64,000 nucleotides of DNA from Octopus sinensis. Lineage: Eukaryota. The stretch is taken from positions 5,208,001 through 5,272,000 of the forward strand of contig NC_043017.1 of the NCBI RefSeq assembly GCF_006345805.1. Reading direction: 5' to 3'. A program made the position numbers and the translations under genes. Below are positions 1 through 11,650 of the stretch, in pieces. Below the pieces are notes generated by a model. The model worked only from the letters and a program-made list of their open reading frames with translations. It had not been told where the DNA came from and searched no databases. Position 1 is the stretch's first letter; each line of letters opens with the position of its first letter.

Positions 1-258
1 ATCTATTTTCCTATCTCCTCATGGATCGGATGGATTGTCTCTGCACAGGCATTGGCAGTGTGGTGAGAAGTTTGGCTCTCAACCACATAGTTCCAGGTTC
101 AGTCCCACTGTGTGCCTCCTTTGGCAAATGTTTTCTCCTATAATCCTGGGCCAACCAAAATCTTGTAGATCTTGTAGATCTGGTAGATGGAAACCAAAAG
201 AAGCTCATTGGGTGTGTGTGTGTGTATATATATATATGTATATGTATGTATATATAGG

Positions 259-427
259 AGCAGGAGTGGCTGTGTGGTACATAGCTTGCTTACCAACCAC
301 ATGGTTCTGGGTTCAGCCCCACTGCATGGTACCTTGGGCAAGTGTCTTCTACTATAGCCTCAGGTTGACGAAAGCCTTGTGAGTGGATTTGGTAGACGGA
401 AACTGAAAGAAGCCCATCGTATATATG

Positions 428-464
<37 letters not shown>

Positions 465-674
465 ATACATTTGTGTGTCTGTGTTTGTCTCCCAACATTG
501 CTTGACAACCAATGCTGGTGTGCTTATGTCTCTGTAATTAGCAGTTCAGCAAAAAAAAGTCTGATAGAATAAGTACTACGCTTACAAAGAATAAATCCTG
601 GAGTCGATCTGCTCGACTAAAGGCGGTGCTCCAGCATGGCCACAGTCAAACAACTGAAACAAGCAAAAGAGTAA
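259..674 (+). mobile_element. SINE family A, full length: tRNA-derived head, CORE-like middle, internal (TA/TG)n, 3' half
   Basis: A-box-like TGGCTGTGTGG, B-box-like GGTTCAGCCCC, then ACCTTGGGCAAGTGTC (resembles the CORE-SINE motif, as in octopus OR-type SINEs, from recollection). Microsatellite follows, then a 3' half ending TGAAACAAGCAAAAGAG. More than 25 full or partial copies in the window; a 5'-half copy precedes this one at about 46-212. Confidence 0.9.
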
Positions 675-1118
675 GGCAGCCCTTACTTAAAAGAATAAAG
701 GAGAGTTTGACTGAGATTTGGTTTCTATTTCTAACATGCCCATTGACCACATTTAGGCTCCTTTATCGTCTGCTAATTTCACTGCTTCCCTGCTTCTTTG
801 TCATTGATATTTTCCATCATGTGATAAACATCAGACAATAAACCAATGACATATTCATCAATATTCTATTTTCTTTATCATTGTTTCCACCATTGATTTC
901 ATTTTCCCATGTTTTTCCTTGCTGGGGTGGTTTCTTGGTGGAAGTAGCTATTGTGATTTCATGGCTGGGTGGGTACCCTTGCTACTGATGACCACTCAAC
1001 TGTGAAATAAGGGATGGGAACATCTTAATTTGTTTGTTGGTTTGTTTGTTCATGGACACAATACAGTTACAGTATTATTAGTAGAGCTCATAAATCTGAA
1101 TATACCTTCTTTTTTTTT

Positions 1119-1499
1119 TTACTCTTTTACTTGTTTCAGTTATTAGGCTGCGGCCATGCTGGGGCACTGCCTTGAAGAATCTTCTTAGTTGAATGTATCA
1201 ACCCTAGTAGTTATAATTGTAAAGACAAGTACTTATTCTTTCGATCTCTTTTGCCAAACTGCTAAATTACAGGGATGTAAACACACCAACACTGGTTGTC
1301 AAGCAGTGGTAGGGGACAAAACACACACACACACATATATGACAGGCTTCTTTCAGTTTCTTTCTACCAAATCCACTCACAAGGCTTTGGTTGGCCCAAG
1401 GCTACAGTGGGAGACACTTGCACAAGGTGTCATGCAGTGGGATTGAACCTGGAACCATGTGGTTGGGAAGCAAGCCTCTTACCACACAACCATGCCTGC
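1119..1499 (-). mobile_element. SINE family A, full length
   Basis: Reverse complement of the 259-674 element along its whole length. Confidence 0.9.
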
Positions 1500-1555
1500 A
1501 AATTATTCTAACCAAAAATGTAACTCCTTTCACTACCACCACCACCACCACCACC

Positions 1556-1730
1556 TTCATTTAATGTCTATGTCCCATGCTGGCATGGATTGGATGGTTT
1601 GATCAGATCTGATGGGCCCAAGGACTACATCTCACTCCAGTTGTCTGCTTTGCCATGGTTTATTCATCCGGATGCCTCTCCTAATGCCAATCCCTTTCTA
1701 GCATGTTGGTTTCTTGCAGCACCAGCATTT
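1556..1730 (-). mobile_element. SINE family D fragment, degenerate
   Basis: Matches the CATGCTGGCATGG...GGATGCC.TTCCTAATGCCAA pattern of the copy at 30595-30965. Confidence 0.65.
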
Positions 1731-1847
1731 GCAAGAGATCAAATTCCCAAGGGGGCAACCTTATGGTAGGAGATGAGAGGCAGAAGATAGGTAAGAGTAT
1801 GAGATATAGGGTGAAAGACAAACAGGTTTCTTGCTGTGGAGGGACTA

Positions 1848-2190
1848 TATGACTATTCACAATTTAAAGTCCCCTAATGTTTTGAGCAAAAGTCCCTTGT
1901 CACATACTTTTCTGACTTCTATGAAGAGCTTTGCTCAAAGGCCCTTTATATTTGTATGGACTGGCACAAGAACCATGATATTTTGAGCAATAAATGTTTA
2001 TTTTATGATTATTCACAATTTAAAGTACCCTGATGTTTTGAGCAAAAGTCCCTTGTCACAGATTTTTCTGAGTTCTATGAAGGACTTTGGTCAAAGGCCT
2101 CTTATGTTGTATGCACTGGCATGACAAGAACCATGCCATTTTGAGCAAGGTCCTTTATCATAGATGTTTCTTTTTCTGACAAAGGGCTTT
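1848..2190. repeat. 156-bp tandem duplication (2 copies plus a partial third)
   Basis: TATGA(C/T)TATTCACAATTTAAAGT starts at 1848 and at 2004; the downstream sequences align. Confidence 0.85.
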
Positions 2191-2995
2191 GATCATAGGT
2201 CAGAATTCTCATTTCTTTATGGACAGCAAACTTTGACTAAATCATTTCTACTGACACAGAACACCATTCACTTCCACAATCACTGATTTTCATTTGTTGT
2301 CAATCATAATTTTTGGTTTGTTGTCCAGTATCGTACTGCCTAAAGATTTGCAGATAAATATCAGGAGAAAACCATTGTCGTAGAGGACTACTCAGTATTC
2401 AAACACACGTTGGACTGGCAAAGTGGTTGTCAGGTGTGTGTGGAGGGGGTGGAGGGTTGTGTGTCTAGCCTTTGCTAGTCATATTGCAGCTGTTTTGTTT
2501 TGTGTATGTCACAACAATCATCTGTCCTCCATCTAAAGCCACTACCATCATCTGATACATGCACACACTTTTGCTGAGATTATGTGTGTGTGTGTGTGTG
2601 TATCTATATATATATGTATATATGTATGTGTGTGTGTATGTATGTAAATATATATGTATATAGATATGTATATATATACACACACACATGCATATATATA
2701 TATATACACACACATGCATGCATGTATATATATACATACACACATGTATAAATATGCACATATACACATACATATTCATACATTAATATATAGGTATACA
2801 TATACACACATATATACATACATAAATATATATGTACATGCACACACACACACACACACATAATCTCTGTATTTATCTCAATTTTTTAAACTTTTATCTC
2901 TTTCTCCCCATTTCCACTCCCTTTTTTGCATTAACCATCTGGAACAAAGTCTTTATATGTATCTTACTTACTGTGCTTGTATAAGTACATCCCAA

Positions 2996-3043
<48 letters not shown>

Positions 3044-3275
3044 GTACATTTTAGTGTGTCTATGAGCATTTTTGACCTTTTTGACTCAGCGCCACTGGAA
3101 ATAAAAAAAGGAATATAAATAAATAACAATAAAAAGTATTACACCATATGTGGCAAGTTTAAGGAAAAATATTACGTTTTAAAATTCTGTAGAAAATTTG
3201 TAGAAAACTGTTGCTGTTCTTGTCATAATTATTTATCTCTCTATTATATTTGTGTATAATTAAGGTTAAAGGTTT

Positions 3276-3432
3276 AGGAGAGGTTGTGTGGTAAGTAGCT
3301 TGCTTACGAACCACATGGTTCCGGGTTCAGTCCAACTGTGTGGCACTTTGAGCAAGTGTCTTCTAATATAGCCTTGAGCCGACCAAAGCCTTGTGAGTGG
3401 ATTTCGTAGATGGAAACTGAAACAAAACCTGT

Positions 3433-3471
<39 letters not shown>

Positions 3472-3772
3472 TAGCAGTATCGCCCGGCGTTGCTCGGGTT
3501 TGTAAGGGAAATAACTATATAAGCATTTTTAGAGAGTTACTTCCCTTATATAATAGCAAAAAAATGCATTAAAAATGGGTAAAAATGATGGTAATTTTTT
3601 TTTTAAATCGTAGACTCATTGTAGACACGTGCTAATACCCAGAAGGGCTCGATATGAATCACGACTATAAGATACCCGCTTTTGGTTAAACTGCACCGCA
3701 AAATGTGGGAGTAGTTAGGAATCTAAATCGTAGGAGACAGACACACAACTTCACTTTTATATATAAAGATCT

Positions 3773-3814
<42 letters not shown>

Positions 3815-4031
3815 GTATATATTTGTGTATGTGTCTGTGTTTGTCCCCCCCCAAACCATCACTTGACAGCCGATGTTGGTGTGTTTACGCCCCTGTAACT
3901 TAGTGGTTCGGCGAAAGTGACCGATAGAATAAGTACTAGGCTTACAAAGAATAATTCTTGGGGTCAATTTGCTCGACTAAAAGGCGGTGCTCCATCCTGG
4001 TCACAGTCAAATGACTGAAACAAATAAAAGA
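3276..4031 (+). mobile_element. SINE family A interrupted by a Helitron in its central (TA)n
   Basis: 5' half at about 3276-3435 and 3' half at about 3820-4031, separated by (TA)n, the Helitron, and (TA)n. Confidence 0.88.
3471..3769 (-). mobile_element. Non-autonomous Helitron (299 bp)
   Basis: Minus strand reads A|TCTTTATATATAAAAG...CCCGAGC-AAC-GCCGGG (hairpin)...CTAG|T. It has a 5' TC, a subterminal GC hairpin, a 3' CTAG, insertion between A and T and no TSD, which are the canonical Helitron signatures. Confidence 0.85.
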
Positions 4032-4055
4032 ATATTTGTGTGTGTATGCAATTGT

Positions 4056-4086
<31 letters not shown>

Positions 4087-4950
4087 CTCTTTTTGCTGAA
4101 CTGCTAAGTTGCAGGGACTTAAACAAGGTACCACACAGTGGGACTGAACCCATAAATACATTATTAGAACACAAGCCTTTCAACCATACCTGTGTTTTTT
4201 TGTTGTTTTTTTTTGCATAATTACAAAATATGTGCTACCTGTGCCTAAGTATGTTTGCATGAAACAGAGATAAACTATGCATGTGTGTGAACATGCATGC
4301 ATGCATATGTGTGTGTGTGTAGGAGCATGTGTAAAGAGAAGCAAGCAAGAGGTGACAGAACATGCTATCGGTAGGATATAAATATAGCATTATACCTGTA
4401 ATATAATAAGTTAGATAACATCACCGAATCTACTGAAAAAGTAGGGGTTTTTTTCAGCCCCATTGGGGACATGTTGTTGCAGTTTATCTTACGAATGATA
4501 ATGTTTACATATGTATAACATTGTAGCCGTGTCTGTGTGCCTGTGGCAGGATGTTTGCCCTCATATATATGTACATGTGGGTATATTCCCTTTCTGCCTT
4601 TCACAGATGCGAGAACACAAATATATGCGCTCACACGCGTGCATCTGTTTTCACCCTCAACTGGGATTTCCCTGAGCTAATGTTATTTTGTAATTATGCA
4701 AAACAAAAATAAAAATAGGCCAATAATCTTTCTGGTTCTTTCTGTACGTAACAGCTACCTCTCAGCTGATAGAACCAGACATCAGTAGACTTCATACTGT
4801 GTTGATGAGGTTTTCTGATGAAGCTGAAACATGATTGTAGTTGTCTCCCTTACCTATAAACAATGATGCAGTATTGGAACCATAATGTACAACATAATTT
4901 AATAATATATCACACTGTATAATATTGTACAATATTGTATGATATCATTT

Positions 4951-5363
4951 ATCTTTTACTTGTTTCAGTCATGTGACTGTAACCATGCTGGAGCACCGCC
5001 TTTAGTTGAGCAAATCGACCCCAGGACTTATTCTTTGTAAGCCTAGTACTTATTCTATCAGTCTCTTAGGCCGAACCGCTAAGTTACAGGCATATAAACA
5101 CACTAGCATCGGTTGTCAAGCGATGTTGGGAGGACAAACACACACAAACATATACACACACATACATACATATATATATAATATATATATATGTATATAC
5201 GACAGGCTTCTTTCAGTTTCCATCTACCAAATCCACTCACAAGGCTTTGGTTAGCCCGAGGTTATAGCAGAAGACACTCGCCCAAGGTGCCACACAGTGG
5301 GACTGAACCCAGAACCATGTGGTTCGTAAGCAAGCTACTTATCACACAGCCACTCCTACGCCT
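4951..5363 (-). mobile_element. SINE family A, full length
   Basis: Full-length match to family A on the minus strand. Confidence 0.9.
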
Positions 5364-6084
5364 ATATATATATATTAATATAAATAACTTGGCACAATAT
5401 AATACCATAAAGGAAAAATTTAATCCTCTCTATGTGAGACTAAAGGTGCTACAGTACTTACATTGCTAGAAATAAGAGTTAAAAAACTCATGGTGGACCT
5501 GAACCTAAGACTGCTATACTGTACAATATATTGTATAATAATGGGTTATATGGTACAATATTGTATCATACTGTTCAATAATGTACCATAGCATTCAATA
5601 TTTTATAATATAACTTTGTTTACAATATTGTAGGATAATGAGAATCTCTCAATAACTCTAAATTAATAAACTTCTATTGAAGTACACAGTAAATAATGCT
5701 AATTAATCTCATTTTTAATTTCATACTGGTACACCAGCACCCCCGCCCCACTGTGCCCATCATTATCAGCAACCCATACCGACACCACCAGTACAATCAC
5801 CATACCACCGCCTACACCTACTAATGTAACTACGACCACACTCGCTAACATCACTTCCTACCACCACAACACATCCCCATTACCCCCTGCTGTCACTGTT
5901 ATATTACCTTCATTACCGCTGTCACCAACCCCCACTGTTGCCACCGCCATAGTCACTGCTAGGTATTTACATAATGGAACCCCTGACAAAAAAAAAAAGT
6001 AAAATTCAGACCTTGTTATATTCACCGTTTTTCAACTGTATTATTAAAATTTATTCTGCTCAGTACTCTGACCCAATCAATAAT

Positions 6085-6097
6085 GACAATAATGATC

Positions 6098-6150
<53 letters not shown>

Positions 6151-6300
6151 GATGAGGATGTTCATGAAAAAAATAATAGTGAATGAGGATAATAATGGTA
6201 ATGATGATGATGATGATGATGTAATAATGATGGTGATGGTAATACTAATGATGATAGTAAAAATAATAGTGTATGATGATGATGATGATGATGATAAAAA
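6085..6300. repeat. (TAA)n/(GAT)n trinucleotide microsatellite region
   Basis: Seen directly; source of the poly-N/I/D ORFs in the track. Confidence 0.95.
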
Positions 6301-7074
6301 GATGAGGGAACCCTCCAAAGTCTTTGTTATAATTGTGAATCTTTCAGTGTTCTCTTTGGTTCCAACAACATTATAACCCCAACCACGCCACGACCACCGC
6401 TGCCACACCCTTTTGCTCCATACACATCCATCTAAGATTGTCGATTTCTGTTTTTTTTTTAAATTTTTTTTTTCTCTGTTTTTCTTATTGTATATTATAC
6501 TGTATTTTATTCTTTTCTTTTTTTTTGCTCTGAAATAAGAGAAATTACCTTCACCCCTATCATCATCATCGTATCTTCCCAACAGGGTGTTCAAGGAATT
6601 ACAAGGTGAAAGGAAGTGATGCCTGCAAGATTTGGGCACTTTCTTCCATATCCTGCATACCACTCTCTCTCTCTCTCTCTCTCTCCCTCTCTCTCTAACT
6701 CTCTTCCTCCTTCTCTCAATTTTTCACTCTTGCCTTTCTTTTCATCCTCCTTTCAGCTTCACCACCACCACCTCCTTTACCATTTCACTTACCCTTTCTT
6801 CCAAACTTGCCACAGGGATACCAACTAATTGTGGTATGATTGCATGTATATGTATGAATGTATGTGTGTATGTGTGTGTGTATATAATATATATACACAA
6901 ATATATGTATATATATATATATATATATATACATACATATATATAAATATATGTATATACATACACCTTTTTAAATAAACATACTTTCTCACACTCCACT
7001 CATACACTCCCAATCCTTAAATAATGATACCCTTCAGTCTTGAAATAACAACAACAACAAAAACAACAAAAATG

Positions 7075-7122
<48 letters not shown>

Positions 7123-7525
7123 GTGGTGGTGGCGATGGTGGTGGTACCAATGATAAATACTACGTAACATGCTGTTTTCACACTATTAATCATATCTTTG
7201 TGTTTCGACCTTGTACTTCAATCAGTGTATTCTCCAGCTGCCCTCAGGTGCCTTATCATCACATGTATACCTTTAGGCTGGGTTTGAACTTGGAACTTTT
7301 ATTTGTGAATCATGCAACTCAGCTCTTGCTAAATTATGCCTCTTCTATCAAGGTTCTCCCTAATTCAGATACAACCTATGGATGTGTGCACGTGTGCATG
7401 AGTGTACGTGTGTGTGTGTGTGTGTGGACATTTATACCTTTAATGTCTGTAAGCATATCTAATTTTGTTTTTTGACTTATTTCCTTGATGCATTAATATT
7501 ATATATATGTGTGTGTGTGTGTGTA

Positions 7526-7559
<34 letters not shown>

Positions 7560-7619
7560 TACACCAAGGAAATGTACAAATATATATAAATATATACACA
7601 TACACAGATATACACATTC

Positions 7620-7650
<31 letters not shown>

Positions 7651-8102
7651 CACACAAATATATGTACACACATAAGCATAAAAACGTATGGATACATATA
7701 TGAATGCACACATTTACATATACATACACACACACACACACACATACACACATTCACAGAGGCAAGTTTGTAGCCTTTCAACTTGAAATATGTATACACT
7801 CAGTGCAAATTAGTTAGAATATTTTATGATAATTATGACTTAATTAGTTCTTTGAACTAACACTTTCAATTAATTATACATATATGTGTGTGTGTTATAT
7901 TATACTCAATTTATCATATCTATATATATATTTGAAAAAATGAATAGAAAAGATTTTTCTGATAACTCTTCCCCTTTAATAATTAGATTAAGTGGGAAAA
8001 TATCTGTAAGCCTTTTTCAGTTCATTTTTTTCAAAGATATGATACTGTACTGAGAACTTTCTATTACTTACTCTGCTATATATACATATATATATATATA
8101 TG

Positions 8103-8327
8103 TATGAGGTAGATACTGAAATATTTCTGGTTTTGTGGGAAAGAAAATAGAGGAGAATCAATTAATTATGATTTTATCCGTTATATTCCCCACTCGGGTT
8201 CACACGCTCATTGCAGCGGTCCTTCAGTTTGTCTACATCCTGCAAAAGAACTCAGAAGGTTGGGCCTCCAACCAGTCCTTTCACGATACCCTTAGAACCA
8301 GGAACTTTTTTCAACACCCACTCACAT
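8103..8327 (+). mobile_element. Mariner-type MITE, copy 1
   Basis: Degenerate TIRs TATGAGGTAGATACTGAAATATTTCTGG / CCAGGAACTTTTTTCAACACCCACTCAC. The interior matches the copies at 29255 and 29998. Confidence 0.7.
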
Positions 8328-8679
8328 GTTGGGGTGTATGAATAAAAGAGGAAGAATGAAGTAAGGTGTGACAATTCCAATCCCCTATTGTCACTGTTTG
8401 ATGAAAGAATGTAAGTGAATATAACAGTGCCCCTGTGTGTCTATAAGATCAAAAATAACCCTACCACCTTACCCAGGGTTGGATCCAATCCACTGCCAGA
8501 CACATGTTACCCATCACCATAAAATTAATGTGTACCTTGCTTCTTGGCTATGGGTTTTTTCACTCCTTCCTGCTTTCATTTAGCTGTTTTTAGCCCCAGG
8601 CTGGTTGCCATAAAGCAGATCTATGACCAAAGCAATCCCAGCTAGATTTACCACTTTTTTTTCTAAGACTATAAAGAAG

Positions 8680-9135
8680 CTTACTTCCCAACTATGTGGT
8701 TCTGGGTTCAGTCGCACTGTAAGGCACCCTAGGCAAGTGTTTTCTACTCTAGCCTAGGGCTATAGTAGACTTGGTAGAAGGAAACTCATCGCATATATGT
8801 GTGTGTGTGTGTGTATAAGAAGCTTGCTTCCCAACCACATGGTTCCAGGTTCAGTCCCACTGTGTGGTACCTTGGGCAAATGTCGTCTACTATGTGACAA
8901 TTGGTTGTCATAATTGTCACATGTTATATATATATATTTGTGTGTTTGTGTGTGTCACTTGCCATCGATTAACAACCGATGCTTGTGTGTTTATGTCCCT
9001 GTAACTTAGTGGTTTGGCAAACAAGCCCAATAGAATAAGTACTGGGCTTACAAAGATTAAGTCCAGGGGTCAATTTCTTTGACTAACAAATGACTGAAAC
9101 AAGTAAAAGAATATATATATATATATATATTTATA

Positions 9136-9180
<45 letters not shown>

Positions 9181-9395
9181 GTGTGTGCATGTCTTTATGC
9201 CTGTTTTTGTCTGCCACCACTACTTGACAACTGATGCTAATGTGTTTACATGTCCCCATAACTTAGCAGTTTGGCTTAAAAAAACTGATAAAATAAGTAC
9301 CAGCTTTAAACAAAGTACTGGGGTCGATTCATCTGACTAAAAATTCTTGAGGTGTTGCCGGGCTGCAAATTAATGATTGAAACAAGTAAAAGATT
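8680..9395 (+). mobile_element. Cluster of truncated family A SINE pieces (two heads, two 3' halves)
   Basis: Heads at about 8680 and 8815; 3' halves at about 8940-9112 and 9180-9395. Confidence 0.8.
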
Positions 9396-9524
9396 AAAGA
9401 TTTTATAATAACACAAGATCTTTTAAGAGAAAAATATACTTTGTAAAATGTTATACTTTCATGTTTAATGATAGATTTGTTGTTGTTCATTATTCAATAT
9501 ATTAATCAATATCTATTATTAATT

Positions 9525-9558
9525 AATTTTTCTCTTTTGTTTTATTTTTCAGGTAAGT
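9525..9558 (+). other. Splice acceptor fused directly to a perfect donor (recursive-splice-site-like)
   Basis: TTAATTTTTCTCTTTTGTTTTATTTTTCAG|GTAAGT, with AG at 9551-9552 and GT at 9553-9554. Confidence 0.5.
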
Positions 9559-10505
9559 AAGACCTAATTCTGAAACAGATATAAAAAAAAAAAATTAGAA
9601 AAAAAAAATAAGAGAAAAAATAGAACCATGTGTTGGTCAGTATCGATTCACATCAGAAAGTAAGATGATTTCATTTTTCACCCCTGCCCTCTACTGTTAG
9701 ATGCTATTTTCAAAAGACCCTTTCTTGACATACCATATATATGTACTTGGTTATCAAGCCTAAGAGAAATCTATTTTAATCAGTTGAAATTTCAATTGTA
9801 ATGAAGAAAAAATATAGATCCTAGCGCTGATGATAATTTCCTGTCAAGAAAATCAAGGGAGGCTACTTTGAAATTAAAATTGATTAAAAATTGCATTATA
9901 TATAGATATAGATATATATGTATGTATATTATGTAATTTAGATATAGGTATATATATATATGGTTTAGATATGTATCTCTGTAAATTCAAACTGCCAAAA
10001 CTCTGAAGAACTTCAAGATACACAATCAAAAATACGGTGTCGATAATAGTTACTAAGTTATTAGTTATAGCCAGATCATCGAAGTGGGAGCAAAAGTGTT
10101 TGTTAGAGACAAAGAAAATGGCAAGAAGACATCCCAAATATTGGGCAAACAGACAATGGACTTTGTTGTTTCAAGTTTTCCAAGTGGTCAAATTCTTTAG
10201 GTGAGACACCGTTTTATACAGTTTTGACTCCTTCACATCAGACTACACTTCCTTGGATTAGAAAAAAAAAACCCAGCAAAAATATCATTTAGTGGAAACA
10301 CCATGTGTAGAGTGTGTGTGTGAGAGAGAGAGAGAATGTGTGTGTGTGTTTGAGCACGTGTGTGTGATGCTGAAGTGGTTTAAATATGAAAAAAATGTCA
10401 ATGCTTTTTAGGTCATCCATCTCTGGATAAAATATTTTGAAACTCCAACTGAAAATGACAAACTTTTTTGTCATCAACTAAACACTCCTGCTTGATAATC
10501 TGAAC

Positions 10506-10555
<50 letters not shown>

Positions 10556-10704
10556 TACATACATATATGTACGTGTGTATAATATTATATATTGCTATAT
10601 TTGGTTAAAATATTTAAAATACTTTTTGCAATTTATTGTTACATGCAATCAAATAATTGATGATTTCACAATTATGCATATTATTATTATCATCATCATC
10701 CTTT

Positions 10705-11135
10705 AAGGTGGTGAGCTAGCAGAATCGTTAGCACACCGGCAAAATGCATAGCAGTATTTTGCCCGTCACTACATTCTGAGTTCAAATTCCGACATGGTTG
10801 ATTGGCCTTTAATCTTTTTTGGGGTCGATAAATTAAGTACAAGTTGAGTACTGGGATTGATATAATCAACCACCTTCTCCCTCAAATTTCAGGCCTTGTG
10901 CCTATAGTAGAAAGAATTATCATTATTATCATTTAAGGTGGCGAGCTGGCAGAATCGTTAGCACGCTGGATGAAATGCTTAGTGATATTTCTTTTGTGAC
11001 TACATTCAGAGTTCAAATTCTGCCGAGGTTAGCTCTGCTTTTCATCCTTTTGAGATCAATAAATTAAGTACCAGTGAAATACTGGGGTCGATGTAATCGA
11101 CTAGTCCTTCACCCCTTTAATAGGAAGGATTATTA
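10705..11135 (+). mobile_element. Two tandem SINE family C copies
   Basis: GGCGAGCTGGCAGAATCGTTAGCAC...GAGTTCAAATTC...CTTTCATCCTTT.GGGGTCGATAAATTAAGTACCAG, starting at 10705 and 10935. The central block resembles the Sauria/Meta-type SINE domain (recollection). Confidence 0.85.
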
Positions 11136-11499
11136 TTATTACTAAAGTTTATCATTTATACATTTTATTTTATTATTTATAAATTACAAAGTGCCACAAT
11201 TATGATTCTTTAATGTTGTTTAAAAAGCTTTCTACCGAAACCCACATACACACATATTTACATAAATATACTTAAGACAATTAAGAAGACAAAGAAAGTA
11301 ATTAACACATCTTTAATGATCAATTACAATTGTTTCTAGATTAACTCTGCTTTGAATTCTAATTTATACAAGAATTCAAAGTGAAAATTTATGTAATATT
11401 TGTGGTTTTAGACATTAGAGTGGTACTTCATCAGGTCTGCATCATTACATTGTGCATATACATACATACATACATACTACATACATACATACATATATA

Positions 11500-11650
11500 T
11501 AATCATCATCATATGTCCACTCTCCATGCTAGCATGGGTTGGACGATTTGACTGAGGTCTGGCGAATCAAACTCCAGTCTGATCTGGCAGAGTTTCTACA
11601 ACTGGATGCCCTTCCTAACGCCAACCACTCCGAGAGTGTAGTGGGTGCTT
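11500..11650 (-). mobile_element. SINE family D 3' fragment
   Basis: (CAT)n tail followed by CATGCTAGCATGGGTTGGACG...GGATGCCCTTCCTAACGCCAACC. Confidence 0.8.

Noticed and set aside
259-340. tRNA genes at SINE heads (also 23215, 38290-38355)
   Set aside because: A/B boxes are present, but there is no complete cloverleaf and the heads run straight into SINE bodies found in many copies.
2353-2432. Possible plus-strand exon (DKYQEKTIVVEDYSVFKHTLDWQSGCQ)
   Set aside because: Weak acceptor, non-consensus donor GTGTGT, and no recognisable family.
4815-4860. CTGATGA-AGCT-GAAAC as a hammerhead
   Set aside because: There is no room for stem II and no stem I or cleavage-site pairing.
6548-6625. Possible exons on either strand near 6.6 kb and at 26493-26527 (-)
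   Set aside because: Splice signals are individually at chance level and the phases do not chain into a coherent ORF.
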